Notes: generated by a model from the sequence alone, not told the origin. Shown: positions 47,972-57,452, counted from the first letter of the stretch. The stretch is 64,000 bases of DNA from Bacillota bacterium (GCA_021810565.1 JAJZIM010000003.1:8911-72910), one strand, 5' to 3'. A program made the numbers and translations.

Positions 47972-48262
47972 TGATCAAGAGGGGGTGCACCTGGACGCCA
48001 TCACCCCCTCCGAGCTGCAGGAGGTGGTGGCCTTGCTGGGAGGCGTACCGGGGGAGTTGGCCGCCCGTCTGGGCCGGCGCGGATGGCAGCGGCCAGGGAG
48101 GAGATCCCGAGCATGGTAGCGCTGGCGGAGCTTTCGCTCCCGAATTCGGAGCCTGAGCCGTCATCCCCTTGACTATCTGTCAAAATGCCACTATTATATG
48201 AAGCGTTATGACCAATATCTATCGCGAGCGAGAGATCACGGGGATGCTCCTGGCGGCCTTGG
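47972..48262 (+). repeat. ~300-bp segmental duplication, copy B (partner 45646..45970)
   Basis: See copy A. This copy carries the intact ATPase start. Confidence 0.7.
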
Positions 48263-49434
48263 CCGACATGCCGGTGGTGGCGCTGACCGGTATGCGGCAG
48301 GTGGGCAAGAGCACTTTGCTGCAGCACCAGCCTCAGTTTACAGGCCGGCGCTACGTCACTTTGGACGACTTCGCGCAGTTGGAGGCAGCCCGTGCCGACC
48401 CGGAGGGCTTCTTGGCCGGCCGCGATCCCCTCACGGTGGATGAGGCGCAAAAGTGTCCGGAGCTTCTTCCCGTCATCAAGCAACTGGTTGATCGGGACCG
48501 CACGCCGGGGCGCTTTCTCCTGTCCGGTTCAGCCAGCTTCACGCTGCCGCACCGCATTACCGAGAGCCTGGCCGGTCGGGCGGTGTACTTCACCCTGCGT
48601 CCTTTCAGCCGCCGGGAGGTGTCGGGGGCGCTGAACGGCGAACCATTCATACGGCGCTTTTTCCGCGACGGCCTCCTTCCTGCCGCCGCCCAGTCCGTCC
48701 GGCCGGTGGAAGCCCGGGAGGTGCTGCGCGGGGGGATGCCCTCAGTCTGCCTGGGGGAGGTAGCCGATCCCGCCATTTGGTACAAGGGCTTCGAGCAGAC
48801 CTATTTGGAACGGGACGTGCGGGAACTGTCCCAGGTTGGGGACCTGTCGGCTTTTCGCCGCATGTTGGTGCTGACGGCTCTGCGGACCGGGCAGGTGCTG
48901 AGGGTGAGCGAGTTGGCGCGCGACGCGAAGCTCAACGCCACCACCTGCGGTCGCTACCTGGATCTGTTGGAGGCGTCCTTCGTGGCGGAGCGGCTCCCGC
49001 CCTTCCTGGGCAACCGGGCCTCCCGGCTGATCAAGTCGCCCAAACTGTATTTCGCGGACCCCGGCTTGGCCGCCCATCTGGCCGGCGTTTCCTCCTTGGG
49101 GATGTCCGAGCCGTTGCGGGGCGCGCTCTTCGAGACCTTTGCGGCTTGCAACCTGGCCGGCATTCTGGAGGCCCGGTGGCCGGAAGCCAAACTGCACTAT
49201 TGGAACGTGCAGGGGCGCCACGAGGTGGACTTCGTGGTGGAGGTGGGACGGGAGACCCTAGCCATGGAGGTCAAGGCGGCCAGCCGTTGGGATCGGCGGG
49301 ATCTGGCGGGACTCAAGGCCTTCCTGAGCGTCACGCCGTCTTGCCGCGCGGCGGTGCTGGTCCACAACGGCACCCAAGCGGTGGCGCTGGGGCCGCGGCT
49401 TTGGGCCCTGCCCCTGGGGCTGGTGCTCTCCTGA
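48208..49434 (+). CDS. AAA_14 / DUF4143-family ATPase
   Basis: Walker A 'VALTGMRQVGKSTLL'. DUF4143-like C-terminal 'KLYFADPGLAAHLAG...HYWNVQGRHEVDFVV'. Confidence 0.75.
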   Translation: MTNIYREREITGMLLAALADMPVVALTGMRQVGKSTLLQHQPQFTGRRYVTLDDFAQLEAARADPEGFLAGRDPLTVDEAQKCPELLPVIKQLVDRDRTPGRFLLSGSASFTLPHRITESLAGRAVYFTLRPFSRREVSGALNGEPFIRRFFRDGLLPAAAQSVRPVEAREVLRGGMPSVCLGEVADPAIWYKGFEQTYLERDVRELSQVGDLSAFRRMLVLTALRTGQVLRVSELARDAKLNATTCGRYLDLLEASFVAERLPPFLGNRASRLIKSPKLYFADPGLAAHLAGVSSLGMSEPLRGALFETFAACNLAGILEARWPEAKLHYWNVQGRHEVDFVVEVGRETLAMEVKAASRWDRRDLAGLKAFLSVTPSCRAAVLVHNGTQAVALGPRLWALPLGLVLS

Positions 49435-49968
49435 AGCCAGGTTTGTCCGGCGCTCCGGCTCGGTCTTGGAGGATGACGGTGCTCGGCTGCGATGAGCAGG
49501 TGTCCGCCGCCCGGCCCCGCGGTTTGGCCCTCCGGGGCGCAAGCCGGGCCGTCGCCGCCGGATCGAAGCGCGAATTCGCCTCCAGGCCTGGGTTGCCGAG
49601 CGGTTTCCCGGAGGGAAGTTTCCGCGTTCCCCGGCGGGCCGGCAACGCGGCGGTTGTTCCGATGTCCAGGTGCAACTCGATCGCGTCCCCGGGGACCAGG
49701 CGGCGCCCGCCTGGCCGCCCATGGATGAGGCGAAAGTCCTTGAGCCGTTCCGGAAGGTGCGCCGCGGGGTGCCGGAGGCGAAGTCGGGCCGCAGGGCGGT
49801 CCCCGGGATGCGCACGCCTTGGATCCCATGCTTTCCGCTCGGCGAGCCGCCGGTGCCGCCCGCGGCCGAAGAACGCGTGGTTTCCCAGCGCCGGGAAGGT
49901 CCGCGGTGCGGGCCCCCGGCCCGCCGCGGCCCCCGGCCCGCCGGGGGCCGCGGGAGCCGGCTTCGCGC

Positions 49969-51285
49969 CTAGCCGGTGACCAAGGGCAAGAGCCAGCTTA
50001 GCAGCACCACCGCCCACAGCCCCCCGGCCACCAACAGGCGGGGCAGCCGGCCGGCGGTGGGCCGGACGGGACCGGCCCCGGCCGCCGTGAGCACCAGGGG
50101 CAGGGAGGGGGCCAAGAAGCGCATGTCCCCCAGGAAGGGAGCCATGGAGGCGGTCCAAAGGACGATCATCCAGGTGAGGATCGACCAGCCCTCCCCCTGC
50201 CGGGTGGCCAGGGCGGCGAAGGCGGCGGCGTCCGCGGCCAGGGTCAGGTAGGGTACCGCCGTGGCGTTGAACCACTCCGGCGGGTGCACCCAGCCCCAGA
50301 ACCACACCGGGACGGGGTTCCACATCTGGACCGCCTTGTACAGGGCGAGGGCCAGGAAGCGGGCCGGGTCGGCGGCGATGAAGCGCAGGGCCTGGGCCTG
50401 CCAGGCGGCGTTGCGGGCGATCTCCCCCCGGATCCCGGCCACCGCCCGCTGCACCGCGGGGCCGAAGTCGGGGGCCCAGCCGTGGGCCAGGAAGCTGGGG
50501 CTGTTGCCGAAATAAAGGGTGACCCCGCCGTCGGAGACCACCGGCACGAAGGTGTGGAACACGGCCCAGTCCCGCGCTATCCAAAGGCCGGCCAGGAGCA
50601 CGGCGGGCAGGGCGTAGGCGGCGAGCCGCCGCAGGTAGGGCCGCCAGGGGGCCAGGGGAGCGGCACCCAGGAGGCCCAGGGCGGTCAGGGGGAGGACCGT
50701 TCCCGGCTGGGTCAGCACCGCCAGCCCGGCCGCGGTGCCGGCCAGGGCCAGGGACTGCTCAGGGCGGGCACCGGCGCGGGCGCGCACCGCCAGGAACACC
50801 GCCGCCAGCAGCAGGGGAATCAGCAGGTTCTCGGTGAGCAGGAGGCTGGAGTAGATGAGCAGGTTGGGCCAGATCCCCACCAGGATCCCCGCCGCCAGGG
50901 CGCCGAGGGGACGGGCGCCCAGCTGCCGCGCCAGCAGCCAGGCCAGCACCGCGGTGGCGCCGCCCAGGACGGACTGGACCGTGTAGACGGCGGCGCGGGA
51001 GAAGTCCGTGATCAGGTAGATGGCGGCCAAGAGGACCGGGTAAAGGGGCGGGCGAAAAGCGGTGGGACCCCGGTTGGCGGGATAGAAGGTGTCGGCGTGC
51101 TGGCCCGGGAGGTAGGCGAAGCCGTGGCCGGTGGCCAGGTTGCGGGCCAGGGTGTCGTAGGCCAGCATGTCCTGGACCACCGGCAACTGATGGTAGGCCG
51201 CGAACCAGGCCCGCAGCGCCGTGGCCAGGACGAAGACGAAAAGGGGGGCGCCCACCTCCCACAGCCCAAAGCCGTTGCGGCGCAT
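49969..51285 (-). CDS. membrane glycosyltransferase (GT39/ArnT-PMT-like, polytopic)
   Basis: ~11 predicted TM helices. N-terminal loop 'VVQDMLAYDTLARNLATGHGFAY' resembles a PMT/ArnT-type DxD loop. Confidence 0.55.
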   Translation of the reverse strand: MRRNGFGLWEVGAPLFVFVLATALRAWFAAYHQLPVVQDMLAYDTLARNLATGHGFAYLPGQHADTFYPANRGPTAFRPPLYPVLLAAIYLITDFSRAAVYTVQSVLGGATAVLAWLLARQLGARPLGALAAGILVGIWPNLLIYSSLLLTENLLIPLLLAAVFLAVRARAGARPEQSLALAGTAAGLAVLTQPGTVLPLTALGLLGAAPLAPWRPYLRRLAAYALPAVLLAGLWIARDWAVFHTFVPVVSDGGVTLYFGNSPSFLAHGWAPDFGPAVQRAVAGIRGEIARNAAWQAQALRFIAADPARFLALALYKAVQMWNPVPVWFWGWVHPPEWFNATAVPYLTLAADAAAFAALATRQGEGWSILTWMIVLWTASMAPFLGDMRFLAPSLPLVLTAAGAGPVRPTAGRLPRLLVAGGLWAVVLLSWLLPLVTG

Positions 51286-51312
51286 CGTCCACCTCCCCCG
51301 GAAGGCCGGGTC

Positions 51313-51729
51313 TCAGCCCAGAAGCCGCTGGTGCTCCTTCAGCATGCAGCGGTCCATGACCACCGTCAGCCCGTGGTCGGCGGCCCAGCGGGCGGCCGCC
51401 TCGTTCACCACGCCCTCCTGCAGCCACAGGGCGCGGGCGCCGATGCGCACCGCCGCCTCGGCCACGGGCAGGGCCTGGGCCGGGTTGCGGAACACGTCCA
51501 CCACGTCCACCGGCTCGGGGATCTCCTCCAGGGAGGACCAGGCCCGCTCCCCCAGGACCTCGGCCACGGCGGGGCGCACGGGGATGATCCGGTAGCCGTG
51601 GGCCTGGAGGTAGCGGGCCACGCCGTGGCTGGGCCGCGCCGCATTGGGGGACAGGCCCACCACGGCCACGGTGCGCCAGGAGGCCAGGAGGGAGCGCAGC
51701 TGCTCGTCGGAGGGAACGAACTCTTCCAT
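51313..51729 (-). CDS. CoA-binding domain protein (YccU-like)
   Basis: 'LRSLLASWRTVAVVGLSPNAARPSHGVARYLQAHGYRIIPVRP'. Only the last 138 codons of ORF 51313..52167 are used. Confidence 0.7.
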   Translation of the reverse strand: MEEFVPSDEQLRSLLASWRTVAVVGLSPNAARPSHGVARYLQAHGYRIIPVRPAVAEVLGERAWSSLEEIPEPVDVVDVFRNPAQALPVAEAAVRIGARALWLQEGVVNEAAARWAADHGLTVVMDRCMLKEHQRLLG

Positions 51730-52219
51730 GGGGACCACCTTTCCGCACCGGACCGCCTGGGCGGTCGGCAGAATCGCGCAGGAGGGGACGAACCCCCCTC
51801 CTGCGCAAAATAAAGGCCTCGGGATCGATCCGTACCCCCGCCGTCTGGAATTGCTGGACTTACGTCCGTCGGCGTCTCCGGTGAAGCACACCGGATGCTG
51901 ACCTTGCGCATCTTCCGACTGTCGCCGGGTTAAGCGGTGGTCGCGCCGGGAAGTGATCCGAGGCGCTCGGTCCCCGCTCGCTGGAGGACTGCCTTTCCTC
52001 GTGGATGTTTCCCGCTCCACGCGACTCCTGGCGTTCCGGACCCTTCGATCCCGTGGAGTTTGCTTCCCGACAACTCTCCTGCGCTCCCTTCGGGGACCGC
52101 CGATCTGCTTGCCGGGACCTTCCCGCGATCTACTCGATCCGGATACCGGACCTCTCCCGAGGTTCAATTTAATTATACCCCGGAACCGCGGGAAGTCAAG
52201 GGGGTGGGCGGAATTTTTG

Positions 52220-52252
52220 CAAAAAAAGCTCCCCCCGGAAGGGGGGGAGCTC
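52220..52252 (-). terminator. intrinsic terminator for the minus-strand thioredoxin-nifU operon (AGCUCCCCCC-UUCC-GGGGGGGAGCU + U7)
   Basis: Hairpin immediately after the NifU stop, followed by a U-tract on the minus strand. Confidence 0.65.
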
Positions 52253-52260
52253 TCCTTGGC

Positions 52261-52479
52261 TCAGATGGCCTCGACGCTCTTCACCTCGGGCACCAGTTGC
52301 TTCAGCGCCGCCTCGATGCTGTAGCGCAGGGTCATGGTGGACATGGGGCAGCCGCCGCAGGCGCCCACCAGCCTCACCTGCACCTTGCCGTTGTCGATTC
52401 CCACCAACTCCACGTCGCCACCGTCGGCCTGCAGGCCGGGACGGATGGTGTTTAGGGCCTGCTCCACCTTCTCTTCCAT
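52261..52479 (-). CDS. NifU-like (Nfu C-terminal domain) Fe-S assembly protein
   Basis: 'VELVGIDNGKVQVRLVGACGGCPMSTMTL'. Confidence 0.75.
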   Translation of the reverse strand: MEEKVEQALNTIRPGLQADGGDVELVGIDNGKVQVRLVGACGGCPMSTMTLRYSIEAALKQLVPEVKSVEAI

Positions 52480-52808
52480 TAAAGGGAACCTCCTTCGTCC
52501 AAATGAGCGGCCAGGAAACGGCGCACCGCCGTCGGGGTCTTGGCGTCCCGGCTGGGGAGCCGGGCCACCTCCCGCCCCTCCCGGAAGACCAAGAAGGTGG
52601 GGATGCCCTTGACCCCCAGGCGTCCGGCCACGGTCTTGGCCTCGTCGGCGTTGATGCGGGAGAAGTGGGCCGGGAACTCCTGGGCATATTGGGCGTAGGC
52701 CTGCTCCACGGCCCGGCAGTCGGGACACCAGTCGGTGTAGAACTCCACCACCGCCGTGGTGGCGGCCGCCACCACCCGCTCGAACTCGTCCTCCTGCAGC
52801 TGCTGCAT
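52479..52808 (-). CDS. thioredoxin-family protein (WCPDC motif)
   Basis: 'VVEFYTDWCPDCRAVEQAY...GIPTFLVF'. Stop overlaps the NifU start (TAATG). Confidence 0.75.
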   Translation of the reverse strand: MQQLQEDEFERVVAAATTAVVEFYTDWCPDCRAVEQAYAQYAQEFPAHFSRINADEAKTVAGRLGVKGIPTFLVFREGREVARLPSRDAKTPTAVRRFLAAHLDEGGSL

Positions 52809-52969
52809 GTTGTCCCTCCCAATACCCCGCAGGGAAGTCGGATTTAGGCCCATTTTACCCCACGCCGCCCGGCGCGTCAATAGATCAGGATGGTTTTCCT
52901 CCGGCGGCGCACCGGCAGGATAGCACCCAAAGGCCGGCGAATCCACGAATCATTCTACAGGAGGGGCGA

Positions 52970-53702
52970 GGTGGATCGCTTGCCGCAGGAGGTGCTGGGG
53001 CATCTCGCGGCCCGGGCCCGCGCCGGGGACGGGGGGGCCAGGGAGAGGCTCTTGTCCGAGGGCAGGGAGTTCGTCCGCCAAGTGGCCTGCGCGGTGTGCC
53101 GCCGACCCCTGGACTGGCGCAACGACGACGAACTAAGCGTCGGCCTGATCGCTCTGAACGAGGCCGTGGACTCCTTCGACCCGGAGCACGGCGTTCCCTT
53201 CCCCGCCTACGCCCGGGTGGTGATCAGCCGCCGGCTGGTGGATCACTTCCGGCGGGAGGAGCGCCACCGCGGCCAGGTCTCCCTGGAGGACACCGACGCG
53301 GCGGGTCGGGCCTTTCGCGAGGACGAGGGGGCCTGGTCCCGCTACACCGCGGAGCGCGAGGCGGCGGAGCGCGCCGCCGAGGTGGCGGAGTTCGCCCGCC
53401 GTCTCGGGGAGTACGGCATGGATCTGGCCGACCTGGTCCACGCCTCCCCCAAGCACCGGGACACCCGCCGGGAACTCATCCGCATCGCCCGGGTCCTGTC
53501 CGGGGATCCGCAGCTCTTGGAACTTCTGCACCGACGCCGGGCGGTGCCGGTGGGGGAGTTGGCGCGGCGCACCGGGGCCAGCCGCCGGGTGCTGGAGCGG
53601 GGCCGCCGCTACATCCTCGCCCTGACCGTGATCCTGGAGCATGACGACCTGCCGCACCTGTGCCACCACCTGCGCGCCGCCACGGAGGAGGTTGGGTCAT
53701 GA
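52970..53702 (+). CDS. sigI: RNA polymerase sigma factor SigI
   Basis: GTG 6 nt after AGGAGG. 'DELSVGLIALNEAVDSFDPEHGVPFPAYARVVISRRLVDHFRRE' region 2. C-terminal 'RELIRIARVL' SigI-type domain. Followed by rsgI. Confidence 0.7.
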
Positions 53703-54760
53703 AGGACGAGCTCTTGGTGCTCCAGGTGGAGAAGCGGCACTTCGTGGCCGTCACCTCCCGGGGGGAGTTCCTGCGCCTGCCCCTGGCGGGCCGGCGGCTG
53801 GCCCCCGGGGACCGGGTGACCAGGGAAGCGGAGCCCGCCCGGGCACCCCGGCTGCGCTGGGCGGCGGCCCTGATCCTGGCCGCGGTGCTGGCGGGGGGGC
53901 TGTGGTGGTCCCGCGCCAGCGCCGCGCCCGCCGCGTACCTGGCCGTGGACATCAACCCCAGCCTGCAGCTGGCCCTCACCGCCCGCGGCACGGTGCAGGG
54001 GGCCGTCCCCCTGGACGCCGACGGCGCGCGGGTGCTGGCGGGGCTGAAGCTGGCCGGGCTGTCCGCACCGGCGGCCCTGCGCTCGGTGCTGGAGCGCACC
54101 GTGTCCCTGGGCTACCTGCACCGGGGCGCCCCGGGCCTGGTGATGGTGTCCCTGGTGAGCGTGTCCCCGGCCTTCCGCGGTGCCAGCGTGTCCGGGCTGC
54201 GCAGCGAGGCCGCCGCGTGGCTGCGCTCCCGGGGTGTGGCGGCCTACCTGGTGACCGGAGAACTCAGCCGGAAGCTCGCCCGCCAGGCGTGGGCGGCGGG
54301 CATGAGCGTGAACCGCTACTACGCCTACCTGCGCCTCAAGGGCCGGGAGCCGTCCCTGACCCTTGCGGCGGCGCGCTCGGGCACCCTGGCGTCCCTGCTG
54401 CGCGGCGCGGGAGCCACCCCGGCCATCCTGGCGGGGCATCGGGAGGACGTGGGGGAGGTGGGCCCGCCCCAGGAGCCGCCCGCGGCTGCACCGCAGCGGG
54501 CAGTGCCGCGGCGCACCGGCGAGGAGCGCCCGCAGCACCGCTCGTCGGCGCCGCACAGGATGCCCGTGCGCCGCACGGGTGAGCCGTCTCGGACCGAGGG
54601 ACCGTCCTCCGGGGCCGGCGAGCCGGCGTCGGGCGTGAACTCCCCTGCTGCCGGGGCCCCCGAGGGGACCGCTCCCTCCGGGGGTGCCACCGTCCCGACC
54701 ACCGGCGGCATGGGCCAGGGCGCGCCGGGGGGCATGTCCGGCGTCGGAATGGGCCGCTAG
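53699..54760 (+). CDS. rsgI: anti-sigma-I factor RsgI (N-terminal RsgI domain, TM, Pro/Ala/Gly-rich extracytoplasmic tail)
   Basis: 'LLVLQVEKRHFVAVTSRGEFLRLP' RsgI_N motif. TM 'LRWAAALILAAVLAGGLWW'. Start overlaps the sigI stop. Confidence 0.7.
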   Translation: MKDELLVLQVEKRHFVAVTSRGEFLRLPLAGRRLAPGDRVTREAEPARAPRLRWAAALILAAVLAGGLWWSRASAAPAAYLAVDINPSLQLALTARGTVQGAVPLDADGARVLAGLKLAGLSAPAALRSVLERTVSLGYLHRGAPGLVMVSLVSVSPAFRGASVSGLRSEAAAWLRSRGVAAYLVTGELSRKLARQAWAAGMSVNRYYAYLRLKGREPSLTLAAARSGTLASLLRGAGATPAILAGHREDVGEVGPPQEPPAAAPQRAVPRRTGEERPQHRSSAPHRMPVRRTGEPSRTEGPSSGAGEPASGVNSPAAGAPEGTAPSGGATVPTTGGMGQGAPGGMSGVGMGR

Positions 54761-54779
54761 CGGCAGGGGGCCGGGAGCA

Positions 54780-55178
54780 TCAGCTCCCGGCCTCCAGGGC
54801 GTCCAGGGCCCGGCGCAGGCGGGTCTTGGCCTCCGCGGCGATGGGGGTGAGGGCGGCGTTGCCCACCAGGCCCAAGGCCGTCTCGGGGTCCAGGGCGGCC
54901 ACCACCGAGTGGTCGCCCTCCTCGTAGACGATGACGTTGCAGGGCAAAAGCAGCCCGATCTCCTCCTCGGCCTGGAAGGCCCGGTGCGCCAGTTGGGGGT
55001 TGCAGGCCCCCAGGATGACGTAGCGCTTGAACTTTGCCCCCAGCTTCTCCTTTAGGGTCTTTTGCACGTCGATCTCCGTCAGCACCCCGAAGCCTTGGCC
55101 CTTGAGGGCCTCCCGCGCCCTGGCGACGGCGGCGTCGTAGGGTGCCTGCAGGCGCACGGCCATGCCGTAGGCGGCCAT
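54780..55178 (-). CDS. DUF302 domain protein
   Basis: 'FGVLTEIDVQKTLKEKLGAKFKRYVILGACNPQLAHRA'. Confidence 0.65.
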   Translation of the reverse strand: MAAYGMAVRLQAPYDAAVARAREALKGQGFGVLTEIDVQKTLKEKLGAKFKRYVILGACNPQLAHRAFQAEEEIGLLLPCNVIVYEEGDHSVVAALDPETALGLVGNAALTPIAAEAKTRLRRALDALEAGS

Positions 55179-55192
55179 TCTCCCCGCCTCCC

Positions 55193-55546
55193 TCAGTCCG
55201 CCGCGTAGCTGGCGGCGCCAGCTCCGGTGGCCACGGGGCCGCGCCAGGCCAGCATGCCGCCCAGGACGTTCTTCACCCGCGGGAAGCCTTGCCGATGGAG
55301 GAACTCCGCCGCCTGGGCGCTGCGGTTGCCCGAGTGGCAGATCAGGTACAGCTCCTCCTCGCGGTCCAGCTCATGGGCGCGGTGGGGGAGCTCGTGCAGG
55401 GGCAAAAGCTCCGCCTGGGGCACCCGAAAACGGTGGTACTCGTGGGGCTGGCGCACGTCGATCAGCCGGATCTGGTGCCCGGCGCGCAGCCGCTCGAAGA
55501 CATGGTCCGCAGTGACGTTCTCGAAGGCAGAACCGTATCCCATCAT
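55193..55546 (-). CDS. rhodanese-like domain protein (single-domain sulfurtransferase)
   Basis: 'IRLIDVRQPHEY...LYLICHSGNRSAQAAEFLHRQGF' with an active-site Cys. Confidence 0.75.
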   Translation of the reverse strand: MMGYGSAFENVTADHVFERLRAGHQIRLIDVRQPHEYHRFRVPQAELLPLHELPHRAHELDREEELYLICHSGNRSAQAAEFLHRQGFPRVKNVLGGMLAWRGPVATGAGAASYAAD

Positions 55547-55881
55547 CGTGCCGCGACCTCCTCGCTCAAGAATTCCTGCACCTTGCGCCGCAAGGCGTCC
55601 TGGGGCAGGTAGCCCACCACCCGCTGGGCCAGCCGGCCGTCCCGGAAAAAGCCCAGGGTGGGGATGCTCATGACCCCGTAGTCCATGGCCGTGCGCGGAC
55701 TCTCGTCCACGTTGACCTTGACCACGTCCAGCGATCCGGCGAACTCCTGCGCCACGGCCTCCACCACCGGAGCCACCATGCGGCAGGGTCCGCACCAGGG
55801 AGCCCAGAAGTCCACCAAGACCGGTCGCGCGGCGCTCAGCACCTGGGCGTCGAAATCGGCGTCGCTCACCTCTCTAGCCAC
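55543..55881 (-). CDS. trxA: thioredoxin
   Basis: 'VLVDFWAPWCGPCRMVAPVVE...GVMSIPTLGFF'. Confidence 0.9.
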   Translation of the reverse strand: MAREVSDADFDAQVLSAARPVLVDFWAPWCGPCRMVAPVVEAVAQEFAGSLDVVKVNVDESPRTAMDYGVMSIPTLGFFRDGRLAQRVVGYLPQDALRRKVQEFLSEEVAAR

Positions 55882-56052
55882 GGATCCACCTCCCTATTGT
55901 CGCTTCGCCGCACCCCCATATACCCTGGGGGGTACGGTATGGATTATAGCCGGAGCGGGCAGCTTTGTCAATAGCCTGCCCAGGATTTTTTTGCGCTCTT
56001 GCCGCCACGCAAAAACGGGGAGCCCGAGGGCTCCCCCGAGGGGAGGCTCATG

Positions 56053-56925
56053 CTACTGGGTCACGACCACCGTGCGGCTGGTGCCGTCCCACTGCACCTG
56101 GTCCCCCAGGACCTGGCTCAAGAAGTACAGGGGCACGATGGTGCGGCTGTCCACGATGGTGGGGGCCGCGTCCAGGGTCACGCCGCTGCCGTCGACGACG
56201 GCGGTGCGGCTGTCGATGGTGAGTTGGACCGTGCCGCCGGCGGTGGCGATGGTCACGGTGCGGGTGGCCCCGTTCCAGCTGACCTGGGCGCCCAGGGTCT
56301 GCTCCACGACCGCCAGGGGCACCATGGTGCGGCTGTGTTCGATGAAGGGGGCCACCGGGAAGCTGGGCTGGCTACCCTGGACGAACACCTTGATCCCGGT
56401 CTGGCCCTGCTGGTTCAGCAGGCCACCCACCTGGGCGTAGCTGGAAAGGGGCAGGTAGGGGTTGTTGGCCAGGGCCTGCTCCAGACTGCTCAATGCCGCG
56501 GCGTCCTCGCCCAGCTTGAGCAGCGCCTCGCCCTTGAGCTGCCAGGCGGCGAAGTTGTGCGGATGGGCCGTCAGCACGCCCTGCGCCTGCTGGAGCGCCG
56601 CGGCGGCGTCGCCGGAGTCCAGCTCGGAAAGCAGGTTCTCCACGGTGCTGCCCGTGGCAGCGGTGAACTCCTGGTTCTCGTGGGCCTCCTTGGCCGCCCA
56701 TCCTTGCTCGATGCCCGCGTTGCCGTAGGTTTGGCCGGTGACCGAGGCGTGCTCGTTAACCGCCGGCTCCTGGGGCTCGTAGACCTGGTGGGAGACGGTG
56801 GCGGGCGGGCCGCCCGGCGCATGGCCGGAGCCCATGCCTCCCCCGTCGTCGGCCCACGCCGTGGCCGCCGTTCCCAGGGTCAGGGCGAGGGTCAGGAGCA
56901 GGGGGACCAAACGCGTCTTCCTCAT
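56053..56925 (-). CDS. secreted protein with TPR-like region and two copper-amine-oxidase-N-terminal-like (stalk) domains
   Basis: Signal peptide 'LLLTLALTLGTAATAWA'. 'TMVPLAVVEQTLGAQVSWNGATRTVTI' and 'TIVPLYFLSQVLGDQVQWDGTSRTVVV'. Confidence 0.6.
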   Translation of the reverse strand: MRKTRLVPLLLTLALTLGTAATAWADDGGGMGSGHAPGGPPATVSHQVYEPQEPAVNEHASVTGQTYGNAGIEQGWAAKEAHENQEFTAATGSTVENLLSELDSGDAAAALQQAQGVLTAHPHNFAAWQLKGEALLKLGEDAAALSSLEQALANNPYLPLSSYAQVGGLLNQQGQTGIKVFVQGSQPSFPVAPFIEHSRTMVPLAVVEQTLGAQVSWNGATRTVTIATAGGTVQLTIDSRTAVVDGSGVTLDAAPTIVDSRTIVPLYFLSQVLGDQVQWDGTSRTVVVTQ

Positions 56926-57196
56926 CTCGTTTCGACCTCCTCGCGGGTCCGCCGCGACGGTCGCAGGGCCCGGCAACCGGCTGTCCTGGCCGCGCCGCGG
57001 CTTTAGACCCATGGCTTTGCGTCCCCGCCTTTCGGCGGGTTTGCCCTTGGCAGGCTCACCTGATATTTCGTGCGCGACCGGCGAATTTGGGTGGGTGGCG
57101 CCGGGACGGTCGAAATCCGATCTTGACAAAAACCGCGGCGCAGGGCAGAATAAGCGGTAGCATACCGCGTAGGGTATATGAAGGAGGATTCTCGGG

Positions 57197-57394
57197 ATGC
57201 CCAGCTATGATTTTCAGTGCCGGGAGTGCGGCGAGCGCTTCGACGTGCGCTGCGCCTGGCAGGACAAGGCCCAGGTGCGCTGCCCCAAATGCGGGGGGGA
57301 GGAACTGCAGGAGATCTTCAGCGGCTTCACCTTCCTCACCGCCGGCGGCGGCGGGGGAGGCGGCTGCGCCCCCAGTTCCAGCGGCTTCAGCTGA
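57197..57394 (+). CDS. FmdB-family zinc-ribbon putative regulatory protein
   Basis: 'MPSYDFQCRECGERFDV...RCPKCGGEE'. Confidence 0.75.
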   Translation: MPSYDFQCRECGERFDVRCAWQDKAQVRCPKCGGEELQEIFSGFTFLTAGGGGGGGCAPSSSGFS

Positions 57395-57452
57395 GGCTAA
57401 ACGGGCGCGGCCGGCGGCCGCGGCAAACACAGGAAGAAGGAAGGTGCGGCGG

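Noticed and set aside
51776-51806. tRNA/tmRNA T-arm-like palindrome (GGAGGGGGGUUCGUCCCCUCC on the minus strand)
   Set aside because: There is no acceptor stem, CCA end, D-arm or tag ORF. The 12-bp perfect stem with a 7-nt loop fits neither the tRNA T-arm geometry nor a tmRNA. It is kept only as part of a candidate structured leader.
51313-52167. 284-aa ORF upstream extension of the CoA-binding gene
   Set aside because: The upstream 146 codons are Arg/Gly-rich noise. The CoA-binding domain starts at the internal Met (51729).
51730-52260. RNase P RNA / SRP RNA candidate
   Set aside because: The conserved GGAAAGUCCGG (RNase P P4) and GGUCCGGAAGGAAGCAGC (SRP domain IV) motifs are not present. 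Only weak resemblance was found, at GGGAAGGUCCCGGCAAGCAG.
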